Source of the DNA: Eledone cirrhosa
Lineage: Eukaryota
Reading direction: 5' to 3'
DNA length: 64,000 nt
Assembly (NCBI GenBank): GCA_964016885.1
Contig: OZ024743.1
Span: 335,296,001 to 335,360,000 of the forward strand
A program made the translations under genes and the position numbers. Below, in pieces: positions 43,943 through 59,742 of the stretch (position 1 is its first letter; each line of letters starts with the position of its first letter). Under the pieces are notes generated by a model, which made no database searches, had not been told where the DNA came from, and saw nothing but the letters and a program-made list of their open reading frames with translations.

Positions 43943-46900
43943 ATTTTAAAAGTCAAAGTCAGTGTTGCAGCATATGTACAAACTTTATTTGTATACTACA
44001 ATTTATTCAATATCGATCAGCAAAGGGTACAATCAAGGTGATGTGGTCCGGATCTTTTCTACAACTCGTCAGACATGGTCAAGTGGTCAACCACTAAACC
44101 GGCTCTCCTACCAGATCCTGGTTTAGTCAGGTCAGGCTTACCTGCTACTGGTACCATATAACACAGTAAAATCTGCTTTATGGTCGAGTAATTGATGACT
44201 AAATCGGATCCTCCACCAGGAACTGTCAAAAGAGCGGATGAACCACTCGGAGTCAACGACTATCCAACTCAACTACGGATTAAATAGTCTCACCATCGCG
44301 CAATTGGCCAGGCATGCTGAGCACGGCTACACCTCTGATGTAACCGAAATCGACTGTAAGCGGTGGAGGTCAATCAGGTAGGAGTTTTTCCAACAGGAGG
44401 GAGAAGGCCCTGGATTGGATAGGATTGGATTGGAAAAGAATAAAAGCCAAATTCGACCGCAAAAAGACTCGATATCTGAATTTATAGAGAGTTAATTAAT
44501 TAGATACCGCACTTTTTTTCACACTATTGAATCTGCCAATTCACCTTTCACTATTGTAAAAAGGCCGCATAGTCTTAGCTGAAATATAGAATGTCATAAT
44601 AGGATATTCATTTCTTTTCGCTAGCGATTAGCAAAATAATTGAAATGAACTTTTGTCAATATAACAATGAGAGGAATTGAGGAGGATTTATGTCATTTAA
44701 CAGAAGAATATTTTGCTTAATTTAGTAAGGGATAACTGACATTTAATATCCTATTATCATTCATATTTTCCTATCAAAACTATTAGAAAGTTTACTTGTT
44801 GTTTCTCTTCTTTTTCTTCTCCTTTTTCGCCCACTTATTTTTGGGGGTGTTAGGGTGAGGTGGAGTTGGGGACAGAATCGTCAAGTACTCGTCCAAGCGG
44901 GTTCTGTCGGAGCCAACCATCTCCAATAGATCTTCATATTTTCAGTATATATATATATATATCAATTTTCGAAAATTATTTAATGCACACACTGGATGCA
45001 GTGATGTTGCTATAAAATCTATAATATAATACCTTTCATTTGAGAAGATATGTTTAATTAGTGTGATTAATAAGACATGTATATTCTACACGCAAGAGGC
45101 GAATTGATAGAGTCTATAGAATGTCAGATAGAATGTTTACAATATTGTAGGTAGATACAAAATGCATCAGTCTAGTACTGGGGTCTAGATGGGCTCCTCC
45201 AAGCTTAATAATATCCTAGAAACGCCGTATGTCAATATGGCGCCCCTCCAACGCCCCTAGGGATTACGGGACTAAGAAAGGATAAGATGAAATAAGATAA
45301 AATATACACAAATGTATTTAGAACCACCAAAGAAAGTAATTTAGTATATCAAATTAAAATTTCAATTCATATTAATATATAGCTTCAGGTGTATTTAAGT
45401 TTCATGTTTTAGTTAGGCTATTTAGTATTAGCTATTAATTAGTCACATGGCTTAGTAGTAGCATTGGGCTTGCAATTGGAAGGTGGTGAGATCGATTCTC
45501 GGATCCCATTATGTGTTGTGTCCTTGAGCAAGACACTTTATTTCATCTTACTCCAGATTACTCAGCGGTATACATGAGTTGCGACGTCACTGGTGCCAAA
45601 CTGTATCGGTCTATACCTTTCCCTTGGACAACATCGGTTGTAGGGAGAGGGGAGACTGGTATGTATGGTTGGCTGCTGGCCTTCCTCAAAGAACTTTGCC
45701 CAGACTTGAAACTCGGAGGAAACTTTCTAGGTGCAAATTTCCCAGGCCTCATTTACTTGCCGAATAGGGGGGAACTCATTGGATCCGACCTAGGAATCAA
45801 TCTTACAATTGTAAGCGAATGAGATCTGAGATCTTATCGATTGATTCGATCGATATAAACCGAATGCAGTCCTTTATTTGAGAGTTCTTTCTAGTCGTAA
45901 CTCGAACTATATATTTATTGTTGCTGTTATTGTTGTTGCTCTTCGGTCCTTCTCGATGACGAGTGTTCCGATTGATTCAATCAACGGAGTTCCCGCTCGT
46001 GAAATCAACCTATATGTTTGAGCATTTCACAGACAAGTGCATTCTTATCTTAGATCTCAGGGAGATTCAACACGTCGCAAATTTGACAAGGATGACGCCT
46101 TGGGTTACAGATGCGACTCATTTTTGACAGCTGAGTGAACTGGAACATCGTAAAATAAAGTGTCTTGCTGAAGGACATAACGCGCCGGCCGGTTGAGAAA
46201 TCAAACATGACTTTAAGATGGGCAGCCGTACAATGCATACGCACGCACTCTCTCTCACACACACACACATATTTATATATATATGTGTGTGTGTGTATGT
46301 GTGTGTGTGCATGTGTGCGTGTGTGTGTGCAAATGTATGTGTATGTATATATATATTTATATATACATATGAGGTGGATAGATGGATGCACGGCAAAATA
46401 TTGATCACTGCTTTGTGCACATTTAACCATAAAACGTCGCATAGAATTCTTTATGTAAATGATTAATTAAATATTTATCAATGTAGAATTACACACTGAA
46501 GAAACGTTTTATTTTATATCCTTTAAAATCTCAGACTTATTAAGTAAAATATATTTGGATAGACGCAAAAAAAAACAACCAATAAACCGAAAACATAATT
46601 CGTGCAAAAGTGGGATTATATAAATTCTTTTCAAAATGAATAAAATTAATATTTTAACTTTAACATATTGCCTATAATTACAGAATTAAAAGTTATTAAA
46701 AATATTAGTGATAGTCACTCAAACCTGTCTGGCGTTGTGAAGACGCTTGTCTTAGTTGTTTGTGTGTTCGGTTCACAGTCGTAAAAGTTCACGTCAATAT
46801 TTGACTGGCGGTGGATGCACTTGGCCTAGTGGTAAGGGTGTCAGATTTACGTTGATAATGTGGGTTCGATTGCTGAGCTGTGTTGCGTGTTGTGTTCACT

Positions 46901-47866
46901 TCATTTCACGTTGCTCTAATATAGTCAGCTGGAAATCAGTACCAGCAGTAGCTGGGGATTTAACCCTGCGATGGACTGGTGTCCTGTCCGAGTGAGGGTC
47001 TGGTAATCTCAGTTGTTTCACGTCAGGAAACTGGGATAAACACCGACCTACCGACCCTTATGTCTTGAGACAGACTTTAGACAAGATTTTAGAGATTGGA
47101 CTGGCACGATTTTTTCAACCCAGAAAGGAAGAAAGGCAAAGTTGAACTTGAAGAAAACACTGAAAACACTATATCCGATGTTCTAACGACTCTGCCAATT
47201 CGCCGCCTATGAATTCGAAATAGGAAATTTATTTATAATTTAATTGTCATAACGTTCTTAATCATTATTGCCCTGTTCAAATCGTGACAATTAATATATT
47301 TGTCAAGAAGCTGTATCACTGAACTAACTAACTACCCAAAAGGCGGAGCTTTTCTATAATAATCAAGACATGATGCTGGAAGGAAAAGCAATATCCAAAA
47401 GCCTTTAGCGGATTATTGATTTTTGGATCCTTCCCTTTCACTGATTTACAACTTTTAGAATAATCCACTAAGATTTTGTTACATTCATATGATGTACATC
47501 GAAGCTTGATTATTGATCCTTCTAACATCTCATTTTAAAAAAGGTTTTTCGATAAATTAAATTTCTAAATATTAAGTCCTTAATTGTAGGTGATGCTAAT
47601 GATAGGTGTATATCTGTAAAATGCTGAAACAAATATATGACGTATGTGTAATTACATTAGATATGGATTTGATGACTAAATATATGCTTGCAACGTGAGA
47701 GAGAGATCGGAGAAAAATGAAAAATGAAGGAAAGAGACAAAAACAGGAAAAAAAAACCCAATCTATGAATAGTTATATAGATACGCCCCCTACACCACAC
47801 GTGACTGCACCTATAAATGCGCACACATACACACGCGCATACTTTCATACACACGCACACATGTAT

Positions 47867-47942
<76 letters not shown>

Positions 47943-48202
47943 CGAAGGAAATGTGGTAAGGAACCAGGTGGACCATAACGCACGAAAGTACTCAATACTT
48001 GAGGTAGTAGAGTGGGTAATAGGAACCAGTAAGACCCCGACAGCTGAGCTCAAGCCGTTTCGACGGCTAATTCTGGACTCAGAGTTGAGTCCAGAATTAG
48101 CCGTCCAGACTTAGCCGTCCAGAATTATAGTCCAGACTCAGACTTGAGTCCAGAATTAGCCGTCGAAACGGCTTGAGCTCAGCTGTCGGGGTCTTACTGG
48201 TT

Positions 48203-48248
<46 letters not shown>

Positions 48249-48371
48249 AAAGAGTCAGGAGCAGACGGCTGTGCTGTTGCTGTTGCAGCAACTAGTTCCA
48301 CACTCAGCGAGTACTCTGTTGAGTAATGGTCTAACCAGTTTCAAATACAATCCATCCTTATATATATATAG

Positions 48372-49792
48372 CAGAGGCCAAAATGTACAGGTCAGTCTCG
48401 CTGACGTCATATATCAATAAGGTCATGGAACGAATCATCAGAATGAAACGGATCACGTTCCTCGAGGAGCCTGGCTTTTACCCAGGAAGAAGCTGCCTTA
48501 CACAGCCGTTACAACACTATGACTGGATACTGAAACAACTGCTGGGCAGCTAACATGTGGACGTGATATATCTTGACTTTGCGAAGGACTTTGGCAAGGT
48601 CGACCTCAGAATGAGATGCCACAAACTACACAGACTCGGCATTACTGGAAACGTAGGTGAGTGGATGCATGATTTCTTAAAAGACAGAAGCTAGACAGTT
48701 GCTGCGAATGGGGCCCTCTCAAAGGAAACATCAGTAACAATCTTGGGACCACTGCTGTTTTTTATGGAATCTCAGACATGCCCTCTGTAGTACATACAAC
48801 ATCCCTCACTACCTATGCTGATGACACTAAGGTAGCACAAGCAATTAAAAACCTGGCTGATGCTACCCTTTTACAACAAGATGTGGATGCCATATATAAA
48901 TGGGCTGAGGATTACAACATGCTGTTTAATGCTGGAAAATTTCAAGCCCTTCAATACCAACCTGCTAACACAAGGACCTTACAACACAGCTATACCGGAC
49001 CAGGAGGGATCGAAATCCCCGCCTCGAAATCGATACGAGACCTGTGGATAGACATGAGCGACGATGCATCTTTTTCTTCACACATCACAAGGGTGGCGAC
49101 AATGTGCAGACACTCGCTGGCTGGATCTTGAGGACTTTCCGGAAAAGAGACCGAGAGACAATGTTGATATTATGGAGGACATTTGTCCTAAGCAGACTGG
49201 ACTACTGCTCCCAACTGTGGTTACCCCATAGTATCAAACTAACCACGGAGCTTGAGGCAGTCAAACGAAGCTACACCAAGATGATTGTCATAATGAAGGA
49301 GATAAGCTACTGGGAGAGGCTAAAAGAGCTGAACCTCTACTCCTTGGAACCAAGACAGGAGAGATACCCAGTGATATACATATGGGAAATCCTAGAGGGA
49401 ATAGCACCAAACTTTGGCTTTGAGGGCTGGACCAACCCCCGAAAAGGATGTCACTGTATTGTGCCAAAAATCCTGTATTTCACATCTAGAATAAAGAGCA
49501 GATATTGGAATAGCCTGGGGTTCAAAGGCCCTCAACTCTCCCATAAGCTGCCTAGAAATTTGAGAGATCTGCATGGTGTAGACGTGGATGCTTTCAAGAA
49601 ACATCTTGACACTCTGCTATCCAGGTTCCCGGATGAGCCCACAGCACGGTACGAAGGTGACCTCAGGGCAGTAGCAACGAACTCCCTCTTCCACTAATGG
49701 CCAGCTAACACAGGCTGCAGATAGAATGTGTAGCAGCGAGGGCGGTGCTTCAGCATGGCCTCAGCCGGATGGCTGGAATAGGTAAAAGAGTA
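48372..49792 (+). mobile_element. CR1-group LINE, 3' part (RT and 3'UTR), frameshifted
   Basis: YRSVSLTS, GRSCLTQ, VIYLDFAK, YADDTK, FNAGKF, SRLDYCSQLW, SYWERLKELNLYSL. Confidence 0.85.
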
Positions 49793-50018
49793 ATATATAT
49801 ATATATATATATACAATTTATTATATTATCGAAATCATCTCTCTCTCTCTCAATGAATATCTAACACCTTAATTGTATCTCTCTCTGTATAATGGCCTAT
49901 CTCTCTCTTTCTGCCTCACCCTCTCTCTCTCTCATTACATGTGTGTGCGTGTAGTTTTCCTGTGATTCAACCAGCCAACCAACCAATAAACATATTTCTT
50001 TTATATTATATTATATAT

Positions 50019-50460
50019 TAATGTTCATAGACGGAACAAAAGAAGCGCTAGCCAAGGTTTCAATGTTCAATACTGAAAACACCTCCAGGATGGTGTTATA
50101 TTCTGGAGGTGTGTTCAATACTGAACACACCTCCAGAATGGTGTTACATTCTGTAGGTGTGTTCAATACTGAAAACACCTCCAGAATGGTGTTACATTCT
50201 GGAGGTGTGTTCAATACTGAACACACCTCCAGAATGGTGTTACATTCTGTAGGTGTGTTCAATACTGAAAACACCTCCAGAATGGTGTTACATTCTGGAG
50301 GTGTGTTCAATACTGGACACACCTCCAGAATGGTGTTACATTCTGTAGGTGTGTTCAATACTGAAAACACCTCCAGGATGATGTTACATTCTGGAGGTGT
50401 GTTCAATACTGGACCTCGAAACCTTGGGTACCGCTTCTTTTGTTCCGTCTATGGACATTA
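50019..50460. repeat. 48-bp palindromic tandem array (~7 units, A/B alternating) enclosed by ~43 bp inverted arms
   Basis: Unit gtgttcaatactga(a/c)... cacctccagaatggtgttacattctg(g/t)aggt; arms 50019-50061 / 50418-50460. Confidence 0.92.
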
Positions 50461-50548
50461 ATAACTAATATATTTCTGCTCTTTACAAGATTGAGCACCG
50501 TTTTCCTTTACATAGATACGGATATTGCTACACACACACACACACACA

Positions 50549-50632
<84 letters not shown>

Positions 50633-50732
50633 CAGGGGGTGTAATTTGGAGTTACTGCAAGTTCACCCGGGATAGCACTCGATGTTCAGGTTCACTTCTG
50701 TGATGAGGTGTAGAGCTATACAGAGTGTAATA

Positions 50733-50836
<104 letters not shown>

Positions 50837-50862
50837 GATGTGTATATATATATATACATTTA

Positions 50863-51325
50863 TGTCAGGTCACCAGTTGGTGTTACTGGTAACATGTATC
50901 CCAGTACAACCTGTCTCATGGTCGGGTCGTTGGCGACTAAACTGGCAACCCCACCAAGGTTTCTTGGTGAGGAGGGTGACTTTGGACATCCTGCAGGACT
51001 AAAAACAAAACCTGTCAAAGGGCAAAGGAGCTCTTAAAAATCAATGGCCATCCAAAATCACCGGGAGAGATGACCCCTTAGCCTTTGTCAAGGCAGAATT
51101 CTAAGAGAAGGAAAACTCTGATATAACACCTGCAACCCTGATGGTATCCAATGATGTTGACTTGTTCTTCTTTTTGGTAAATATCATATTGCTTAAGAGA
51201 GTGGGACTGGCTTTGTGCAGTGCCTTTGCCCACTCTAAAAGCTTCACGGCACAGGCATTGCTTTATATCTGGAGATCTCTCTGCACTTGTCGTCACATGG
51301 TACCATGGGCCCAGCACTATGTGTC
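50863..51325 (+). repeat. Dispersed ~460 bp repeat, possibly an RTE-LINE 5' region; second copy 59783-60246
   Basis: Two highly similar copies, each starting at a microsatellite; contains gaaggaaaactctgatataa. Confidence 0.8.
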
Positions 51326-51490
51326 AATAATTGTCACATGTGTAGTGTTTGTACTAGAGTTTTCAAGTCGCTTGCTGGACTAAAAAGTCACACTCGTTCA
51401 GCGCATCGGTAGGGGTTCTCCTACATGGATATAAAGTAGTGGCCGTACTCGAAAATGAGTTGGCAGCCACCATATACATTTATATATATA

Positions 51491-52940
<1,450 letters not shown>

Positions 52941-53706
52941 GTGTGTCTGTGTATGTATGTATATATATATATATGTGTGTGTGCGTGTGTCTGTGTATGT
53001 ATGTATATATATGTGTGTGTGTGAGTGCGTGTATAAATCTATATCTGAGCTTTCCGAATATTAATAATAACATTCGATTCGGTTACAATTATGCAAACAG
53101 CCGCGTAAGCCATGTGATAAGAACATCCACGTCAATCTTGCTCTTGTGTTGGCATTTAAAGAGAACGGCCGTTCGAGGTTGTTCTACTCACACAGCTTAA
53201 GAGGCTGTTTGCATTGGTGGATTGGCAGTAAAGGTAGAGGGTCTGCAGCCATGCTTTGCAGCAAAGATCTACGGCCCATTATGATCTGAGTTCAATTCCC
53301 GTCGAGGTTAACTTTGCCTTTCATCCTAACGCGGTCGATAAAATAAAGTACCAGCAATGTAACTGGTAATTGCTGGCCTTGTGCCAAAAGTAGAAACAAT
53401 TGTTATTAATATTCAAAAAACTCAGATTTAGTTTTCTTGTATTCACCCATGTAGAGCGATAAAACTATTTGTTATATATATATTATATATATATATTTAT
53501 ATAACGAAGGGAGTGTGGTAAGGAACCAGGTGGACCATAACGCACCAGAATACTCAATACATAGGGTAATAGAGTGGGTAATAGGAAAATGTTCAAGACC
53601 CTGACGGCAGAACTCAAGCCGTTTCGACGACTATTTCTTTGAGTCCAGAAATAGCCGTTGAAGCGGCTTGAGCTCTGCCATCGGGGTCTTAAACATTTTC
53701 CTATTT

Positions 53707-53762
<56 letters not shown>

Positions 53763-54583
53763 ATAGAAAATGAAAAATCAGTGATGCATCACTGATTTTT
53801 CGTTTTTTATTCTATCATACTCTGCTCTGTAAGAGCATAAAGTGCTCAACGGGCATACCGCCTATGGAAGCATCTTAGCTACCATCAGACACACACATAT
53901 ATATATATATATAATATACATAAATAAACCTTTGATATTGTTACGTTGCAGAGGTTTGAATTTTAAATATCAGCTATATTTCTGAGGTAGTGTAAATGAT
54001 AATTTGAAACTCTTCTTAACTGAGATTTTACTGCGACAGCCAACTGTGTATGTATAAACTTGTAACTTCTGATGGAGACGTAGGGGCGCCATATTAACAC
54101 ACGGCGTTTCTTGGGGCATTTTTAAACCAGGCGGATCCCATCTCTCTAGGTCAGAGCACAGCCTATTTCTCCCAAAGAAGGACAGTGAGTGGGAGAAAGG
54201 AACGAGAAAGAGATATTGAGGAAGAATCGACCCAGTACTTCACTGGTAATTTTTTTATCGACCAAGAAAGGATGAAAGGCAGAGAAGAGGAAATAATTCT
54301 ACAAAGCATTCTATCTGACGTTCTAATGACACTGTCAATTCGCCATCTCGAGGGACTTCTACTGGAAGACTAAACTAGATATATCTATAATACATTGAAT
54401 AATAGGTTCAGTAATATTGATCAATTTTAAAATTCAGGTAAAACACGCATGTTTGACAGATGAATACAGTGTATTAAACGGAAAGCAGTTCTATATTTGT
54501 ACTTAAAGAGTTTCAACTCTGAAAAGAGGGAAGGCCACATTTACACTAAATGTATTTGAATACAAAGATAGATAGATAGATAA

Positions 54584-54627
<44 letters not shown>

Positions 54628-54629
<2 letters not shown>

Positions 54630-55580
54630 TTCTTTATTAGCCACAGGGGCACAAAAGAAGGGGACAAACAAAGGGGGAAGTTTACATACAATAAAAACGT
54701 GTAAAATGTTATCACAAATGGAATTTAAAAAGTTAGTCGATTTTCCCCAATAGAGGGAGACAGTTTATATGGGTAACACATACCCCCGAAAAAAAATGTA
54801 CAACCCTCATCTCCAGGAGTACGAAGAGTTTGTACTCCTTTCCTCTCCTCCTCCTTTCCTCAACCTACAGGCTGATATAGAGAGAAGGCCCATTCACTCA
54901 GGCCATTCTCGCCACTTTCACCCACCTTTCATAAAACTTGCTGGGGTACAGCACCTCTCTCTCCATCCTGATTCTTCTTCCAAAGTGGTATTTGAAAAAA
55001 AGAATCAGTTGTTGGCCGGAGAGAAAGGTGTCTGACCTCAGCCCTTTCAACCTTGTCCACCATACAACCTCTTTCGCCATAGCTATCACACAAAGGAAAA
55101 CCGCCTCTCCTTCGTTTTTGAAGGAGGGTGGCGGTTTGATCATGACAATGGACTCGGTGGTCAACTGGATTGGTCCCACCCGCGACAATAGTCGTTCTAC
55201 ATAGCCCCACAGGTCAGTGACGCCCGGCCAGTGTATGAATGCGTGCGCGACGGTTTCTTCGTCTCGCACGCACCGCGGACAGATCTTTTTTGCAGGGTCC
55301 CTGCCAGGGTGCCCATGTCTGTAGAGCTTGTCTCGAACTGGTAGAGCTCCTCGGTAGCACTGCCAGGCCAGGGACTTTTGGAAGTTGTCCATCGGTCCCG
55401 GGCGGAAGGTCCTACCGAACAGGCTGGCCAGTTCATCTTCCTCTACGCCTAGAGTTTCATCGAGCGCGTCGTCGCACTTGCTGCGGACCAACCCTCTATA
55501 GAATGACGAAGTGGAGTCTCCACTGATCGCCGCGTCCGCCTGCCAGAGGGCTGTGAGCGCCTGAGCACATTCGATGTGCC
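54628..55580 (-). mobile_element. 5'-truncated L1/Tx1-type LINE related to the 1-2530 element, embedded in (GATA)n
   Basis: LFGRTFRPGPMDNFQKSLAWQCYRGALPVRDKLYRHG is nearly identical to the first element; 3' end cctgtggctaataaagaaatc; GATA tracts at 54567-54628 and 55581-55617. Confidence 0.9.
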
Positions 55581-55617
<37 letters not shown>

Positions 55618-55785
55618 TCAGGTAGGGCGTAGTAAAAAACCAGGTGGACTATAAACCCCCAGAGTACTCGATACTTGGGGTAGTAGAGTGGGTAATATGA
55701 AAAGATTCTGAACCCAGACGGCTGAACTCCGGCCATTTCGACAGCGTCAAAACGGCCGGAGCTCAGTAGTTAGGTTCCTGAATCT

Positions 55786-55821
<36 letters not shown>

Positions 55822-56420
55822 CGAAGGAAATGTGGTAAGGAACCAGGTGGACCATAACGCACCAAAGTACTCAATACTTGAGGTAGTAGAGTGGGTAATA
55901 GGAACTAGTAAGACCCCGACAGCTGAGCTCAAGCCGTTTCGACGGCTAATTCTGGACGAATTAGCCGTCGAAACGGCTTGAGCTCAGCTGTCGGGGTCTT
56001 ACTGGTTCCTATATATATATATATATATATATATTCTGGAAGATTCTTGATGTGACAAAAAACACAGAGACAAGATGAAGTAGGGGTTTAAGACCAGGAA
56101 AAATAAGAGGCACAAAGCAGGTAATCATTGAGGAGGTCATAGCATATGTGACGAAATAACTTTGAATAACGAACAATAAACGGAAAGTGAATATGATATG
56201 GTGCGTGTGTTTCCCTCTATCGGCTTGGCAATATTAACAACATGACCACACCCAACAATATACATACATACATATATATATATGCGTGTGTGTGTGTGTA
56301 TGTGTGTATGTGTTGTGTGTGTGCGCGCGTGTGTTTGTATGTATACCAAAATGAGCCTTCGATGCTACTGGGGAGCAGATTATCAATAATAATTAGGGAA
56401 TCAGAGTTGTATCGTATACA

Positions 56421-56522
56421 TATTTAATCACATATTACATATGTTTCACTGCCGATTACCTCGAGGAACGAACATAATCGTTCGTTCCTCGAGCTGATCG
56501 GCGGTGAAACATATGTAATATG
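56421..56522. repeat. Fold-back palindrome retaining an HHR 3' half (GAAACATATGTA) on each arm
   Basis: catattacatatgtttcac..gaggaacgaac / gttcgttcctc..gtgaaacatatgtaatatg. Confidence 0.75.
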
Positions 56523-56573
56523 TCATGTCATTAAATACGTATATGTTGCAACACTCATTCTTTGTTCCCTAAT

Positions 56574-56695
<122 letters not shown>

Positions 56696-57023
56696 GATAA
56701 ATGTAGATACGTAGATAGTTTGTAACATTTTTTTACATAGATCTATATGGTATACATACCAACACACACATATATATCCTAGAAACGATAGTAAAATGAT
56801 GAATTTTTTTATATAAGGAACTGTTTCTTTGTTTTAATTCATTATTTTTATCAATTTATATATATATATATTTTATTTTATTTTATTTTATATATATATT
56901 TTATTTTATTTTATTTTATATTTTATTTTATTTTTCCTTTCCTTCTTCTTTCTCCAGCCTCATTTTCATATAGATTGCATTTTTGTTTTCAAAATCCAAA
57001 TTCAATAAACAGACCAGGATTTT

Positions 57024-57082
57024 TTCATTCTGATGATTGAAAGCACAATTTTTTGCTTTTAAGAAACCACTGGTAAATGGAA
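57024..57082 (+). ncRNA. Hammerhead ribozyme motif, family A
   Basis: ttcatt CTGATGA ttgaaagca..tgcttttaa GAAACCACTGGTA aatggaa. Confidence 0.85.
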
Positions 57083-58030
57083 TAATTGCCTTATGTTGTT
57101 TATTACATAACTATTAAGCTCTGTTACCTACATAGAGCACTCTTTTTTCCTGGACTTTTCCGACGGAATTTCTTCACATATATATATTGTATTATAGTAT
57201 TCTAACTGAAGCAATGAACACAGACTTTGGAGGAGACTGGAATATTTTTTTTAATACCAGAATATCTTACTAATCAAATTTAATTTGGGCAGGAATTGAA
57301 TTTAAGGTATACCTACTGGTACGACAGTAGGTCATTACTGCCATTGCACTTATTATGATTATAATAATATTTTCTGATTTAGGTACAATACCAACAATTT
57401 AGGGGGAGGGCGATTAAATTGACCTCAGTGCGTTTATGGTGCTTTAAATGTTTGACCCGTAAGGATGAAAGGTAAATTAACCTCAACAGGATTTGAACTC
57501 AGAACGTAAATGGCCATAACCTTTTGCCGCAAATCATATAGTCAGATGCCCTACCAATTCTACTGCCAATCCACTGCTTTCATTATAATTGTATTAATCC
57601 ATATCATAGAATGGTAGAAATTCGATACATGTGTGTGTGATATTTATATTAAATAAATATTAATCTGTTGATTGTGTGCAAGTGAGGTGCAGACTTAACA
57701 CGGAATGTCGACAAGAGAGTTGCAGGTATTTATAAGATGATGATGATGATAATAGTGAAGGTCAGTGAATCAAATGAAACGGCTGGATAGGTATATGGTA
57801 AAGAAATATTGGTCTGATGATGGCAATGATTCACATTGTTGCTGATTAAGTCGGTGATGATGATAAATCCAGAAAACATATTTACTGGGTAGGTGACTGT
57901 GGATCAATTAATGAGGGCGAATAAAACCTTAAATGGGGGTGTAAATAAAAATAAAATATTAAGCAAATAGATGGCAGATAATGGTAGTATTTATTATAGG
58001 GATAGTGTGAGCACAGTGGAGATGGTGTAT

Positions 58031-58062
<32 letters not shown>

Positions 58063-58915
58063 AAAATAAGTGGAAATCAGTTAATGATATAGTAGAATTA
58101 GCAAAAGAGTAGAATCAGCAACATCTAATTGGTGATGATAAAGAAGCAGTGAAGAGGTAAACAAATAATAAAATAGTGCTGTGTACTGCGATACCGTCAG
58201 AATCTTTCTTCCTAGTTGCAACGAAGATTTCAGTGATAAGAAAGGATACAATAATGGTGATAATGCTAATGTAGTTAAAATACAGGAATGGTAATGGCGA
58301 TGTTAATAGCAGTATAAAAGAAAACAGAAATGAATATATAATATATAAAACATATATAAACAATATATGTATTATTTTATGTTAGTGCAAATGCTTAAGC
58401 GTTGGGATTGGGGTAATACTCATAGGAGAGGAACACTAAAAGATGTTTAAAAAGATTTGAAAAAAGTTTAAAGATTTGAAAACAGAAAATAATTTTGTGC
58501 TGCCCACGGTCTGCAAAACTCAGACGACGGCAGTACTTCGATTGCTCACAAGATATAAAAACTAGAACGAGTGTGGATCTGTGGTACATGTACCTCTGAC
58601 ACAATAACTTAAAGATAGAAGATTTACTCATTAGGTACATACGTGGATGTGTATTGGATGGGTGTAGGTGGGGGTGTTGTTATGTGTGGGAGTTGAGGTT
58701 ACAGTTGGGTCTTCCAATAATCGTACAATCAAGTACACATGGTTATACGATGTGGTTGGGAATTTCATACAACAGTGCAAATATGTAATATTCGGACCAT
58801 ACATATGATTGTATGCAGACAAGGTAAGAGTGTTTTTCCCGTGACTTCAGGATATTTAATTTTTCTATCTTACATACTATTTTACATCCCATGCCTCATT
58901 TATGGTTGAGTTCTG

Positions 58916-58984
<69 letters not shown>

Positions 58985-59099
58985 TATATATATATATGTA
59001 TGTATGTTATCTCTTTCTCTTAATTTCGAGTATATTTGTTTTACCAGCCACCTTCCTGGTGGCAAGGTTATAAAAGAAAAGAAATTGTCATCCCTTGAA

Positions 59100-59711
59100 T
59101 CGCAAGAATGTTTTGCAAATTTTGAAGGTGCCAGCTATCGCAACCATTTGTAGACTATGAATTAGGGAGCTTCGCTCTTTGTCCAAAATCCAAGTTCAGT
59201 CATACTTTGGTCCAAGCGGGTTGGTTTATAACCAGTAGCTCCAATAATGATGGGTATGAAGCTAAAGGTGTATCTTGGATACTGGATTTGCAGACTCCTC
59301 ATCAATGGTCCGTAGATGTCCTCCTTCTCCTGTATTTTTCTGACAACGTTTACATCAAGTGGGCAGCTGATCTCCACAACAGAACACGTTTTCAATGTGT
59401 GGTCCCAAAGAACAATATCAGGCCGGTTGTGCTTTAATTTGGTGGCAGTTATAATTTTCTGGTTCCACCAGTATTCCTTAGTGCCATCTGTCTCAATATT
59501 CTTCCTCGTTTGTTGTTAATTTTGTTTTCCGAAGTGCGTTCCAGATGGTTCTAGCTATCCCATCGTGACTCATGGGGAGGTAGTAGCAAGATGACATTCT
59601 TTCGCAGCTGGCAACAATGTGGCTTACATTCTCGATCTTTGTTTTACATAGCCTACATTTATTGTCAGCTGATGGCCCTCCCCTTTTGTGCAGCAGATAT
59701 TTGGTAGGGAG

Positions 59712-59712
<1 letters not shown>
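59100..59712 (-). mobile_element. R4/Dong-type (RLE) non-LTR retrotransposon C-terminal fragment
   Basis: CRLCKTKIENVSHIVASC, HDGIARTI, KHNRPDIVL, VVEISCP..EKEDIY, PIIIGATG. Confidence 0.82.

Positions 59713-59742
<30 letters not shown>

Noticed and set aside
43963-44523. Possible solo LTR (TG...CA, polyA signal on minus strand)
   Set aside because: No target-site duplication and no second copy in the window
50060-50411. CRISPR-like array, or a repeat protein (146 aa ORF)
   Set aside because: No unique spacers, no cas genes, eukaryotic context; the ORF arises only because the unit is 48 bp
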